A DNA stretch of 64,000 bases. Origin: Mustelus asterias. Lineage: Eukaryota. The position numbers were made by a program, and so were the translations under genes. The stretch covers positions 34,534,001 through 34,598,000 of the forward strand of contig NC_135808.1 in the NCBI RefSeq assembly GCF_964213995.1, given 5' to 3'. The notes under the pieces are model-generated. The model was not told where the DNA came from and searched no databases. It worked only from the letters and a program-made list of their open reading frames with translations. Of the stretch, positions 12,045 to 25,149 are shown one piece after another. Within the stretch, counting starts at the first letter, position 1, and every line of letters begins with the position of its first letter.

Positions 12045-12321
12045 GGGGCTCGGTTAGCCCAGATAGCTGGATGGCTGGTTCATGATGCAGAGCGAAGGGG
12101 GTTCAATTCTTGTATTGGCTGAAGTGTGGTGATTCTCAGGTTAAATCACCACCAGTCAACTCTTCCCCCTCAAAACTCACCTGAAGAAGGGGCTTAGAGC
12201 TCCGAAAGCTTGTGTGGCTTTTGCTACCAAATAAACCTGTTGGACTTTAACCTGGTGTTGTTAAACTTCTTGCCCTCAAAAGAGCACAGCAGCCTATAGT
12301 CACTGGGACTATGGTGGCTTT
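12045..12321 (+). mobile_element. tRNA-derived SINE (family C) hosting a hammerhead-bearing insert
   Basis: Head ggttagcccagatagctgg...ggttcaattc. Homologous to 1506-1708. Confidence 0.7.
12176..12272 (+). mobile_element. 97-bp Penelope pLTR-derived insert with hammerhead motif (12177-12215)
   Basis: tcac-CTGAAGA-a-ggggc ttaga gctcc-GAAA-gc-TT-gtgt. TSD ccctcaaaa at 12167-12175 and 12273-12281. Confidence 0.8.
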
Positions 12322-13228
12322 CACAGTTTTTATGGTTCGCAAGTTACAAGAGCACAGATGACTCTCTCAAAATGTTGTTATTTTTAATAGTTAAGTTAAT
12401 TTGTATCCATGATAACAGATTTAACATGGATACCAATTTGAAATGGATGCAGAGAAATGAAAATGGCTGCAGATAATGATTCTAGATGTAACAGGTTGAG
12501 AAAAGAAAAAAATAGCAGCAGCTTTGTTACTTAGAGCAAATTAAATGTTCACTGATACTTAACACCAGAATCTTTTCTTTATGCTTTCAAGGAATGAGAG
12601 AGTCACCGGCAAGGTCAGATTTTGTTGCCCATCCCCAATTGTCCTTGAAGTGAGCGACTTGCTCGACAATTTCAGAGGCAGTTAAGAATCAGCCAAGTTA
12701 TTTGTCTGCAGTCCATGTCGGCCAGACAAAAATTGTTCATCCTTCTTCTGCTTTCTCCAGTAATTTTCCATTATGTGAAGCCTCTTTATAGTCAATTTTC
12801 CAGGAAAAACTGTTTATATTTTGCTGGAACACCTTGTATCAATTCAAAGCCTAGTCTTCATAACCAAACCACTCGTGTCTCCTGCTGGTCTGTAATCTCT
12901 TATTTTCCTTGATGGCATTTGTGCTTTTCAAAAAATAACTGCAAAAGCAGTCCATATTCACATGCAACAAAACTTGAATAACATTCAGCCTTGGCTGACG
13001 AGAGACATTTGCAGCACCTAGGGGAGAGTGTGACAGGAGGACACTGAGACAGACAGCAGTACCTAGAGGAGAATTGTAAAGGGAATAGACAGGCGTTTCT
13101 GTGGCTGTAAATGAAACTCCAGGATGATATGTTGCCTCTCTGGTGCTGGGGACAAAGATGTCTCAGAGCAGCTGAGGACATTCTAGAGGGGGAGGGTGGA
13201 CAGCCAGTGGTCATGGTACACATTGGTA

Positions 13229-13385
13229 CCCTAATAATCACATTTTAATTTGATGTTTTTAAGTTTCCTATGTACTTTGATTTCTGTTCGGGCTGTTCCC
13301 CCTCCTTTTTGGGGAGCTGCCCCTTTTATTTTGTCCTGATTTAATCTGAGTTTGTTTACTTGGTTTGGTTTGACCTAAAAAGAGG
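13229..13385 (+). mobile_element. Tx1/L1-clade LINE 3' fragment
   Basis: Matches the 3' end of the 21246-21787 copy (..NHIL* followed by the ggggagctgcccctttt tail). Confidence 0.75.
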
Positions 13386-14877
13386 ACAAATGACATAGGT
13401 TTTTAAAAAAGGGATTCAGCCCTAAAAACAGAATGTGGGGACTTATGAAGCAAGTTGAAAAATAGGACCTCAAGGGTAGTGACCTCAGGAGTACTAACAG
13501 TGCCACGTGCTAGTCAGAGCAGAAATAGCAGGATATAGAAGATGAATATGTGACTGAAGAGATGGTGCGAGGTGGAGGGTTTCAGATTCCTGGGACATTG
13601 GGACCGGTTCTGGGGGAGGTAGGACCAGTACAAACTGGATGGGAACCTATGCAAGGAGGATAAGAACAAAAGACAGAAAGGGGAGTAAGAAAAGTGATGG
13701 GCAGAGATACCGAGGGCCAGATTCAAACAGGGCCACAGTAAAAGAAAAAGTAGGAATGGGACAAGTAATGTTAAAAAGACAAACCTTAAGGCATTGTGCA
13801 TTAATGCGTGGAGCATTTACAATAAAGTGGATGAATTAATCGCTCAAATAGATGTAAACAGGTATGATGTCCAAAGATGTGCGGGTTAGGTTGATTGGCC
13901 ATGCTAAAATTGCCCTAGTGTCCTGAGATGCGTAGGTTAGAGGGATTAGCGGGTAAATGTGTAGGGATAAGGGGGTAGGGCCTGGGTGGGATTGTGGTCG
14001 GTGCAGATTTGATGGGCCAGATGGCCTCTTTCTGTACTGTAGGGCTTCGATGATATAGTCGGGATTATGGAGACTAGGGATAGGAATTGAACATCCAGGG
14101 GTATTTAGGAAAGACAGACAAAAAGGAAAAGGCAGTGGATTTGCATTGCTGGTTAAAGAGGAAATTAACACAATAGTGAGAAAAGATATTAGCTCCGATG
14201 ATGTGGAATCTGTATGGGTAGAGCTGAGTCAGAACTGTTCACATTATATATAATAATGATTTGGAAGAGGGAACTGAATGTATTATCTCCAAATTTGCAG
14301 ATGGTACAAAGTTGGGTGGGAGGGTGAGCTGTGAGAAGGATGCAGAGATGCTTCCGTGTGATTTGGATAGGCTGATTGAGTGGGCTTATGCATGGCAGAT
14401 GCAGTATAATGTGGATCAATGTGAGGTTATCCACTTTGGTAGCGATAATAGGAAGACAGATTATTACTTAAATGGGTGGAAATTGAGAGAGGTGGATACT
14501 CAGTGAGACTTTGATGTCCTCTTGCGTCAGTTGCTGAAAGTAAGTGCGCAGGTACAGCAGGCAGTAAAAAAGGCAAATGGTATGTTGGCCTTCATAGCGA
14601 GAGGATTTGAGGATAGGGATGTTTTGCTCCAATTGTATAGGGCGTTGGTAAGGCCACACCTGGAATATTGTGTGCAGTTTTGGTGTCCTTATGAGGATGG
14701 ATGTCCTTGTTATAGAGGGAGTACAGCGAAGGTTTACCAGACTGATTCCTGGGATGGTGGGTCTGTCATATGAGGAGAGACTAAATTGGTTAGGATTATA
14801 TTTATTGGAGTTTAGAAGAGTGAGAGGGAATCTCATAGAAACTTATAAAATTCTAACAGGATAGATTCAGAAAGAAT

Positions 14878-15916
14878 GGCCGTGATTCTTCCAAAAGCGC
14901 TGAATTGGTGGGAAAACTGTTCTAAATCCCAACTGTTTTGTCAGTTCAGCTTCTCACTCGAATCTCCGCACTCTGTGCACTGCAGAGGTCCCAGTCGTGA
15001 ATCTCATTAAAAACCCAGGGGGCGGGGCCTATTCACGCCAGAGTCTGACAGTTCTGGAACTCTGCACACGCGCAGTGGCCCCAAACTGTCAACCTCCCAT
15101 TGGCCAGCCTGGGACCCCTGCAGTGCTGCCCCTCCAGCCCCTCCCACGGCCAATTGTGGCCCCCACAGCAGTTCCTGGGCCAGCCCTGACCCCTCCCCCA
15201 GTCCCGGAGCGCCCCGATGCCCAGCCCACCCCCCAGCAGTCGCAATCCCCCCACCTCTCTGACCCTGGCAGACCCCTCCCCCAGGGTCAGATCCCCCACA
15301 GGAGGCAGCCCCCCTCCGCCCCCCTCCCCGGCAGACCACCCCCCACCAACCTGCCCCAATCGTTGCCCTCCCTCCATCCCAGACCAATCCCTGTGTCGAG
15401 TGGCAGCAGGACACCCCCATCCCCACCAATCACCCCTAGCCCAGCCCACAATAGGCCCCACCCCCTTGGCACTACCCAATGCCCAATCGGCATTAGCACT
15501 TTGCCCCTTGGGCAGTGCCAAGGGGCACAGGTTGGCATTGCCAGGGTGCCCATGCCCAGGGATGCTACTCCCCCACTGCCCGACCCCCTGGGAGGCCCCG
15601 ATTGCCCCCCCCCTTCACTCCAACAGGGTCTCCTGCTAGTTCGCGGAACGTGGGGAGCTACTCTAAACCCTGCCGGAATGAAGTACTCCTGACGGGTGGG
15701 AGATTCAATCGGGACCTGAAGGGTCCTGATAGATTAAAATGACTTATCTGCCTTCACGCTGGTTTCCAGCGTGGTCTGACTGGCGACTGTTCGCGACTCT
15801 GGGAGACGCGCAGGCTTTCCTGGCGCACGTGCAAATCCCTGTTCAAGGCCGCAGATGCGCATCTCCCACCGCAACCCGACAGAAAAGTTGCAGGTCGCAA
15901 TGGAAGAATTGCGGTC
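14878..15916. mobile_element. Harbinger-like MITE, 3-bp TSD
   Basis: TIRs ggccgtgattcttcca / tggaagaattgcggtc. TSD AAT at 14875-14877 and 15917-15919. Removing it restores the host CR1. Confidence 0.8.
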
Positions 15917-16018
15917 AATGTTTTGAATGGTGGGGGAGTCCAGAACTAGGGGTCATAGTTTGAGGATAGGGAGTAAACCTTTTAGGACTGAGGTAAGGAG
16001 AAATTTCTTCACCCAGAG

Positions 16019-16483
16019 CAGGTGTCTCCAAACTACGGTCCGCGGGCCACATCTGGTCCGCAGTTTGGAAACTGCTGGGTAAGGGTATCAAAGGACATGG
16101 ATCAAATGTAGGTAAATGAAATTAAGGCACAGTTCAGCCATGATCTGATTGAATGACACCACAGGTTCCAAGGGCTGGATGGCCTTATTTATATTTCCAT
16201 GCAGTGTGACTCAAGAATTACCATTGCAGTTTGGGTCTCTGAGAAATGAACAATAAGCATTCTCTGTCAATCCTCTTATTTTATGTTCATGGATTAGAGT
16301 CTGTTTGCACAAGCAAGAAAATTAACAAATTCTCCAGTCCGATCCCAGTTAATTTTAAAGGGAATTCAGGGAGTAAGTAATTAAGGCACCATTGCACCAG
16401 TTCTCCTGCTTGTATTACCTACAGCAGCGATCTCCAAACTGCAGACCGGATGTGGCCCGCGGGCTGTAGTTTGGAGACCCCTG
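16019..16483. mobile_element. hAT-like MITE with about 55-bp TIRs and 8-bp TSD
   Basis: caggtgtctccaaactacgg... / ...ctgtagtttggagacccctg. TSD acccagag (16011-16018) / acctcgag (16484-16491), 6/8 match. Confidence 0.8.
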
Positions 16484-16543
16484 ACCTCGAGGGTGGTGAA
16501 TGTGTGGCATTCACTACCACAGAAAATAGTTGAAGCCAAAACA

Positions 16544-16911
16544 TTTTTTTTATTTATCCGTGGGACATGGGATCGCTGGCTGGCCAGCATTTATTGCCCA
16601 TCCCTAGTTGCCCTTGTTCAGAGGGCAGTTGAGAGTCAACCACATTGCTGTAGCTTTGGAGTCACATATAGACCAGACCAGGTAAAGACGGCAGATTTCC
16701 TTCCCTAAAGGACATTAGTGAACCAGATGGGTTTTTCTGACAATCAACAATGGTTTCATATCATGAGTAGATTCTTAATTCCAGATTTTTAAAAAATTGA
16801 ATTCAAATTCCACCATCTGCCGTGGCGGGATTTGAAGTTGGGTCCCCAGAACATTAGCTGAATTTCTGAATTAATAGTCTAGCGATAATACCACTAGGCC
16901 ATCACCTTCCC
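16544..16911 (-). mobile_element. Bipartite SINE: tRNA-like head and 5' region plus 3' tail of LINE family B
   Basis: The 5' roughly 295 nt are collinear with 32670-32935, and the last roughly 70 nt match the tail at 33495-33570. Poly(A) end. Confidence 0.8.
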
Positions 16912-18009
16912 TGAGGCATTGTGTGACTCATTGTGTAATTCCAAGAAGAAATGAGATATAGCCCTTGGGGCTAAAGGGATCAAGGGATAAGGGGAGAAAG
17001 GGGGATCAGGATATTGAATTCAATGATCAAAATGAATGGTGGAACAGGCTTGAAGGGCTGAATGGCCTACACCTGCTTTTAGTTTCTGTGTTTCTACATA
17101 ACTACCCTGAAGGTGGTGGTGAGATGCCATCTTGAACCGCTGCAGTCTCTGAAGTGTAGATACACACAAGATGCTGTTAGCGAGGAGATCAAGGATTTTG
17201 ACCCAGCAACAGTGATGAAATGGTGATATCTTTCCAAGTCAGCTTGGCATATGGTTTGGAGGGAACCTTCCACACGGTAGTGTTCCTATGTATTTGCTGC
17301 CCATTTCCTTCATAGAGATTGCAGGTTTAGAAGGTGCTATTGAAGCAGCCTTGGTGAGTTACTGTGGCACATTTGATAGATGGTACACACTGCTGCAACT
17401 GTGCTTTGGTGGTGGAAGGATTAAATATCTGAGGTGGTAGAGAGAGTGCCAATCAAGTGGGCTGCTTTGTTTTGGATGATAAGCTTCTTGAGTGTTATTA
17501 GAGCTGGGGAGAGCTGGCAAGGGGAGAGTTAATTCCATTACACTCATGACTTGTGCCTTGAAGATGATGGACAGACTCTGGGGAGTCACTCATCATCCTG
17601 ACTTGGAAATATATAGCCGTTCCTCCAAAAAGCTGGGTAAAAAATCTTGGAATTCCCTCCCTAACAATGCTGGGTGTACAGGGACGATCCTGGTTGAACA
17701 AGGCAGCTTTCCACCACCTTCTCAAGGACAATTAGGGATGGGCAATAAATGCTGGCCAGGCAGTGATGCCCACATTCCATAAATGAATTTAAAGAAAAGG
17801 AAGAGAACTGCTCTCTGCAGGAGATCCCCAGCGTCTCACCTGTTTTGTAGCCACGGTATTTATAGGGCTAGTCCGGTTCAGTTTCTGGTCAATGTTAACC
17901 CCTAGATGTTGATTGTGGGGGGAATTCAGCGATGACAATACTATCATAATACTGATAACAATAATAATGTCAGGTAGAGATGGGTGGATTCTCCTTCTTG
18001 AAAATGTAC

Positions 18010-20500
18010 AATGTTTTGGCCTCCGCTACGTCCGGTGGTAGCAAATCCCACAGGCTGACCACTCTCTTGGTGAAGAAATTTCTCCTCATCTTAGTCCCAA
18101 ATGGTTTACCCAGTATCCTCAGACTGTGACCCCTACTTTTGGACACCCCACCATCAGGAACATCCTCCTTGCATCTACGCTGTCTCGTCCTGTTAGAATT
18201 TTATAGGTTTTTATGAGATTTCCCCCTCATTCTTCTGAACTCCAGTGAATACAGTCCTAACTGACTCAATCCCTCCCCATACGTCAGTCCTGCCATCCCA
18301 GGAATCAATCCAGTAAACCTTCTCTGCATTTCCTCCATCAGAAGAACTTCCTTCCTCCAGATAAGGAGATCAGAACAGAACATAATATTCCAGGTGTGGC
18401 TTCACCAAGGCCCTGTATAATTGCAGCATGACATCCCTGCCCCTATACTTGAATCCTCTCGCTATGAAGGCCAACATACCATTTGCCTTTTTACAGCTTG
18501 CTGCACCTGGATGCTTGCCCTCAGTGACTGGTGTACAAGGACACTCGGGTTTTATTGCACAATCTGCTCTTCTAATTTATAACCATTCAGATAGTAACCA
18601 TAGAATCCTTACAGTGCAGGAGGAGGCCATTCAGCCCATCGAGTCTGCACCGACAACAATCCCACCTAGGTCCTATCCCTGTAACTCCACATATCTACCC
18701 CACTAACCTTTCTGACCTATGCATCCTGGGACACTAAGGGGCAATTTATCATGGCCAATCCACCTAACCCGCACATCTTTGGACTGTGCGAGGAAACCAG
18801 AATGTGCTTTCCTGCTTTTGCTACCAAAGTGTACAATCTCAGACAGAATGAACAATTGTTGCAGTTCACTCATGTGCTCCTTGAATGTTTGCCATTGTTT
18901 ATCCACCACTATCCCTTTAAGTAATGTACCCCAATCCATGTGCTATATACCATCATAGTTCTCTTTAATCATAGAAACCCTACAGTGCAGAAGGAGGCCA
19001 TTTGGCCCATCAAGTCTGCACGGACAACAATCCTATCCAGGCACTATACCTATAACCCCACACATTTACCCTGCTAATCCCCCTGATACTAGGGTCAATT
19101 TAGCATGGCCAATCCACCTAATCCACACACCTTTGGTGTGTGAGAGGAAACCGGAGCACCCAGAAGAAACCCATGCAGACACGGGGAGAACGTGCAAACT
19201 CCACACAGACAGTGACCTGAGGTAAGAATTGAACCCGGGTCCCTGGCACTGAGGCAGCAGTGCTAACCACTGTGCCACCGTGCCGCCCAGTCCAAGATGT
19301 CCTGTTCCTTTGTTGATTCCTCAATGTATTGGTTCAGAAAACCATCATGTATACACTCAATAATTGATAGTGTTGACAGCATCAAACCAATCGTGGTGTA
19401 AGAAAATTCCCAGTCATCACAGGTATAAAGGCAAAAGCCTTTTCTGCAGAGAGAGAACATTTTGGAAGAACGTCTCCAGAGGCCAGGGCAGCCAGTCAAA
19501 AAAGCCAGCATTCATCTCCAGAGCAGCTCTACACCACTACCAATTTAAATAGCTCTTAAGAGAATTATCCAGCTATCTAACAGAAGGATACCGAGTCAGA
19601 CAGAGTTTACAGACAGCCGACAACTACAGAAGAAATCCATAACTCCCGAACGCTACCAGACCTGGTTATATATATTTTTTGAGAGTGACTAACATTCTGT
19701 TATTATTGTTTTGGTAATGAATGTTCCTTGTATTATTCGAACAGCATTTCAATCGAAACGCACTTTAGTTAATATGTTACTTGTTTAGTTAAAGTTCCTA
19801 GTTATTTAAGTAAAATACCTTGTTAATTATTCACCTAAAGTGAGTGTCAGGCTTTTATGTTAATGAATCTAAATGTTAATTTAAGAACAACTAACACCTT
19901 CCCAAATATCTTTACCAGATCACGAAGCGAGGTAAGGAACATTCATTACCAAAACAATAATAACAGAATGTTAGTCAGACTCAAAAAATATTCATCCTAT
20001 ATATCCTGCTGTTTCTACTCTGACTAGGACATGGTACTGGTATTAATCCTGAGATAACTTTCTTTGAGCTCTGACTTGTCAGTTTGCTTCCTAGCTCCCT
20101 ATATTCTGCTTTTAGGAGCTCATCCTTTTTTTCCCTATCCTGTTTGTACCAATGTGCACCACGACTGGATTAATATCAGTACCACATCCTAGTCAGAGTA
20201 GAAACAGCACGATATATAGGGTGAATATGTGGCTGAAAAGATGGTGTGAGGGGGAGGGTTTCAGATGCCTGGGGCATTGGGACCGGTTCTGGGGGAGGTG
20301 GGACCAGTACAAACTGGATGGGTTACACCTGGGCAGGACTGGGACTGATGTCCTTGCTGTTCACCCTCCCCCTTCAGAATGTCCTGCAACCACTCTGAGA
20401 CATTCTTGACCCGAGCACCAGGGAGGCAACATACCATCCTGGAGTCACGTTAATGACCACAGAAACGCCTATCGATCCCCCTTACAACAGAGTCCCCTTT
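18010..20500 (-). mobile_element. Decayed CR1 pieces with nested HE1 SINEs (18595-18800, 18970-19286) and an LTR-like insert (about 19358-19991)
   Basis: ORF2 remnants (RRFTGLIPGMAGL) and ORF1 remnants. The SINE head ggcacggtggcacagtggttagc lies on the minus strand. Confidence 0.7.
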
Positions 20501-20894
20501 ACTGCATCCAGTCAGGGATGAGCACCAGATGCTAGTCTAGCCAGCAACATCAACATGTATGAAAGAATTTTTAAATTAAGGCTTTAAATAGTGGATTGAC
20601 GGAAACTATTTTCAATTGCTGAAGGTTTGATAACCAGAGGAAACATGATTCACAAAAGAATCAAATACAGCAAAAGGCAAAAATTATTTATGCAACAAAT
20701 GGTTATGATTTAGGACACACTGCTTAAGATTGTGAGGAATACAGATTTGATAGTAACCTTTAAAACAGGAGTGGATAAATACTTTAAGGAGAAAAAGTAA
20801 AAGGATCTGTGAAAGGAGTAGGTAAGTGGAACTAACTGGTTTTCAGTTTGGAAGAGTCAGCACAGACTCAGTGGGCTGATGGAAATCCTGTGCC

Positions 20895-21082
20895 TCTTTT
20901 AGGGCAAACAAAATAAACCAACTCGAATTAGCTCAGGGACAAAGTAAAAGGGGCAGCTCCCCAAAAGGAGGGGGAACAGCCTGAACAGAACAGAAGTACA
21001 AAGGAAACTTAAAACATCAAATCATAATGTGATTATCGGGGTCTATAATGCACCCCAGCCCCTGCGGTGCCCAACGGGTGCA
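20895..21082 (-). mobile_element. Tx1/L1-clade LINE 3' fragment, 13-bp TSD
   Basis: TSD gaaatcctgtgcc at 20882-20894 and 21083-21095. Homologous to 21246-21430. Confidence 0.8.
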
Positions 21083-21245
21083 GAAATCCTGTGCCGTGCT
21101 ATTCTATAGTTTTGACTGTTGGCATCCACAGGAAAGATGATGTACTGATTGCTGTTAGAATGTAACCGGTGACAACTTTGTATTGGATGTAATGTGACCA
21201 ATGGTAACAAGCTGTAAGAGTCAGCTGATCCAGTAAACCATGGAA

Positions 21246-21787
21246 TTCTTTTGATACCAATCAAGTAAACGAACTCAAATTAACTTGGGGACAAAGTAAA
21301 AGGGGCAGCTCCCCAAAAGGAAGGGGGGAACAGCCCGAACCAAAAACAAAGTCGAAAGGAAACTTAAAACGTCAAACCAAAAGGTGATTATCGGGGTCGA
21401 TAATACACCCCAGCCCCTGCGGCGCCCAGCGGTCGCGGAAGGCGTCAACTGCGCCCGTGGACACCGCATGCTCCCTCTCCAGAGACACCTGGCCGCAAAT
21501 GTAGCCGCGGTAGAGGGGCAGACAGTCGGGATGGACGGCCCCGTCGATCGCCCGCTGCCTGGACCTATTGATGGCGCGTCTCGCCAGGCCCAGGAGCAGG
21601 TTCACGAGGAGGTCGGCATCCCGACCTGCCCCTCTCCGCACCAGATGCCCGTAGATCAGGAGCGTGGGACTGAAGTGCAAACAAAACATCAGTAAAAGGT
21701 GTTTGAGGAAACCAAAAAGGGTGTGCAGCCTAAAACACAGAACATAGACATGGTCCACGGACTCCACGAGGCCACAGAAAGGGCAGT
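21246..21787 (-). mobile_element. Tx1/L1-clade LINE 3' fragment, 9-bp TSD
   Basis: ORF 21372-21800 with the C-terminal CCHC motif (CPFCGLVESVDHVYVLC) and FRDRW. TSD accatggaa at 21237-21245 and 21788-21796. Confidence 0.85.
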
Positions 21788-22377
21788 ACCATGGAACCAA
21801 TTACAGAATGATGTGATGGTCAGCTGACTCACTATAAATAAGAACCTGTTGGGAATTATGGGGAGCTTGGATTGGCCCAGGGCGAGGCCCCAAGTTTGGA
21901 ATAATGCCGTTTCTTTATTAAACATTTTCTTTGATTTATAAGTCGCAGTAAGTTTTATTATATTTTTATTATCTGCATTTGAAGAGTTCCTTCTGAAGAA
22001 ACAATTGCCCTGACAGAATGGACCTTGGTGACCTGCTGGATGTATGTGCAAATGGCAGACTGTGCAGCAACCTGGAAGAAACTTGAGGCAGGAAATGTAA
22101 GGATTGTGGAGCCTTTACCAGCCACTATGAATGCAGAATCTCAGCAAGCAGCAGGTCTTGGAGCAGCAGGCTGATTGTGTGGAGAAGCGCAGCCCCTCCA
22201 AACACTGATCCTCAAAGCTTCAAGGAGATGCCTCTTGGTGTACAGAGCCAGTGTGCTTTGTACTCCAGAAGGAAGCTCTCCCCCTGCCCCCCACCCTTGT
22301 CTTCTAGCAGACCAGCAGCTGTTGCCTCTAGTTAACCAGCATCAGCTGCTACTCTTGACAGCAATCTTTGAACACAA

Positions 22378-22845
22378 ATATTTGATTCTGATTTGATTTA
22401 TTATTGTCACGTGTATACAGTGAAAAGTATTGTTTTTTGCATGCTATGCAGACAGAGCATACCGTTCATAGAGAAGGAAAGGAGAGTGTGCAGAATGTAG
22501 TGTTACAGTTATAGCTAGGGTGTAGAGAAAGATCAACTTAATGCAAGATAAGTCCATTCAAAAGCCTGACAACAGCAGGGATGAAGCTGTTCTTGAGTCG
22601 GTTGGTACGTGACCGCAGAATTTTGTATCTTTTTCCTGACGGAAGAAGGTGGACGAGAGAATGCCTGGGGTGTATGAGGTCCTTAATTATGCTGGCTGCT
22701 TTGTCGAGGCAGAGGGATGTGTAGACGCAGTCAATGGATGGGAAGTTGGTTTGCATGATGGATTGGGCTACATTCATAACCTTTTGTAGTTTCTTGGGCA
22801 GAGCAGGAGCCTTACCAAGCTGTGATACAGCCAGAAAGAATTTAG
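22378..22845 (-). mobile_element. Rex1/Babar-type LINE 3' fragment (other copies at about 48655-48898 and 52055-52275)
   Basis: Translation IIKDLIHPRHSLVHLLPSGKRYKILRSRTNRLKNSFIP and an (aaatc)n tail. Confidence 0.75.
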
Positions 22846-24345
22846 TTCCATAGCACACTAGTACACAGTTTAGTATGATCTGACTGCCCCTTAAAATATT
22901 TGAGTGGGTCCAGCACAGGGAGGACTTAATTAACTGCTGTCGAAATGCATTGAGATCCTCAGGACATTATAGGACTGTAGTTTGCATGTATTCTTGGAGC
23001 ACCGTCCTGCTTCTCTGGGGCAGTCAGTCACATAAAAAGTGTACATTGAAGCAACAGTGATAAGGAACTGATTTGGAACAGGGAAGTAAATAATTCCAAC
23101 ATATTGTAACCATACACACATTGTATTTCTTCAGGAAAGTTTTGCCACTCCACTCCTTCCCCCCCCCCCCCCCCCCTTCCCCCACCCATGTATTTCATTG
23201 GGTTTTTAGAAATTGTCTCACAGCTCTTTGGTCAGCTGTTGGTTTGTCACCAGTGCTGTTGGTTGTATGTTTACAAAGTACTTACAATTGCAACAAATTT
23301 CTATAGCACCTTTTAATGTAATGAAACATCCCAGGCTGCTTCACAGGAACATTAGAAAATAAAAGCATTACACCGGTGACCAGAAGCTTAGTCAGAGAGA
23401 GATTTTAAGCACTGTCATAAAAGAGGAAAGCGACTTAGGGGCAGAGCAGCGTTGGGAGGGAATTCCAGATCTTTCTGCCTTAGCAACAGAAGGTGTGCAT
23501 TCCAACAATGGACTGATTAAAATTGAAGGTACACCAGAGGCCAGACTAGAGAAGCACAGATATCTCAGAAGGATTGAAGGTAATTAGAGGAGGGGGGGGT
23601 GAGGCTATGCAGGAATTTGAAAACGAGGATTTTAAAAATCAAAACAAACAAGGAGCCAAAGTAAGTCAGTAAGCACGGTAATGATAGGGGAATGGACTTG
23701 GTGTGGGTTAAAACTGGGGCAGCAGGTTTTGAATTACTTTTAAGTTCTAGAGGGTAAAATGTGGGGAACCAGCCAAGAGCCTGGAATAGTTGAGTCCAGA
23801 GGGAACAAAGGCAGGAATGAGGGTTTTACCAGCAGATGAGCTGAGTTGGGGGTGGAAATATACATAGTGATAGCACAGGTATGAGGTTGGAACAAGTACA
23901 CACAGACCCCTTTGTACATCAATATTTTCCAATCTATCACCGATTTAAATAATCGCCTGCCATTCTGTTTCTCCATCTGAGGTGGAGGACTTCACATTAA
24001 TCCATGTTTTGCTGCATCTGTCATGTATCTGTTCATTCACTTAAATTGTCTAAATCACCTTGAAGCCTTTTAACATTCTCCTCCCCACTCAATCCCACCA
24101 GCTTTCAGCACCTCAATCCGTGACCTCCAATATTGATAAATCAAGAGGAGAACTGTGTGGGAACAATACAATCTCCAATTTCCCTCAAATGTCACATCCT
24201 GATTTGGATATATATTGCCATTGTTCATTGTCACTGATAAATATCCTGAAATTTCTTACCTATCAGCACTGTGGGAGAATCACACACAGGCAATTTGGCA
24301 CATCTTTTCTGCGCTGGTTCTCCAAAGGAGCAATTCACCAAGGGC

Positions 24346-24626
24346 CACCTATCTCCACCACACTCTCAGACAATGTATTCCAGATCCTAACCACTCACTG
24401 TGTGAATCTACCTCCATCACACTCGCAATGCATTCCAGATCCTAACCATTTGCTGTGTGAATCTACCTCCACCACCCTCTCAAAAGTACAGTCCAGATCC
24501 TAACCGCTTGCTGTTTGACCCTGCCTCTACACCCTCTCAGTGCATTCCCGATCCTAACCACTTATTGTGTGAATCTGCCTCCACCACACTCGGATAGTAC
24601 ATTCCAAATCCTGACCACTCACTGAC
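24346..24626. repeat. About 55-60-bp tandem repeat (5 diverged units) derived from a CR1 3' segment
   Basis: Recurrent ctccaccacactctc...ttccagatcctaaccact...tgtgtgaatct. Confidence 0.8.
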
Positions 24627-25149
24627 CAAATCTTTAAGACTGATCAGAGTGCTAAATTCAGAAATAAATATTATATTATAGTTTCAAATTTGAGTACAAG
24701 TAATTAGCATTAACCAATCAAATTATAGGAGTTATCTCTATCCACTCACAATTATGGCTTAAGCTTACATTATTCATGAGATACAGATATTAAAACAATC
24801 GCCTTACGCTTGCTTGATTACAATATCCACTCAGCGTAAAGTTTTTAATTGCATCAATAGGCTATTGTCCCAACTATCCTTAACACTACCGCTGCGTCTG
24901 AATATTAGAACACAAATCAACCTAATGGCTACTTTAATAGCCTTTCCCTCGGTCAAGACTCCTTTATCTTCCCTCTTATCTGGAAGGACATTTTTAAAAC
25001 AAATCATTCTAACGTCTGCCTCAAAGACCTTTCCCCAGGCTTCTTCCCCTCTTATCTGAACAGACAGTTTTTATTCAGCAGCTTGTTAGCTTAATATATA
25101 TTTGTTTTCAACCTTTTCACTGGCCATAGTTACTTAATATGATATGGCC

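Larger units (their letters stand above)
13040..17095 (+). mobile_element. Decayed CR1 LINE (ORF1 esterase to 3' tail) with nested Tx1 fragment, HE1 fragment, MITEs and SINE
   Basis: ORF1 remnants (VVMVHIGT) and ORF2 remnants (14261-14864). The 3' end resumes after the inserts and finishes at about 17095. Confidence 0.8.

Noticed and set aside
14997-15692. 231-aa Pro-rich ORF
   Set aside because: It lies wholly within a C-rich MITE, is low complexity and has no transposase motifs.
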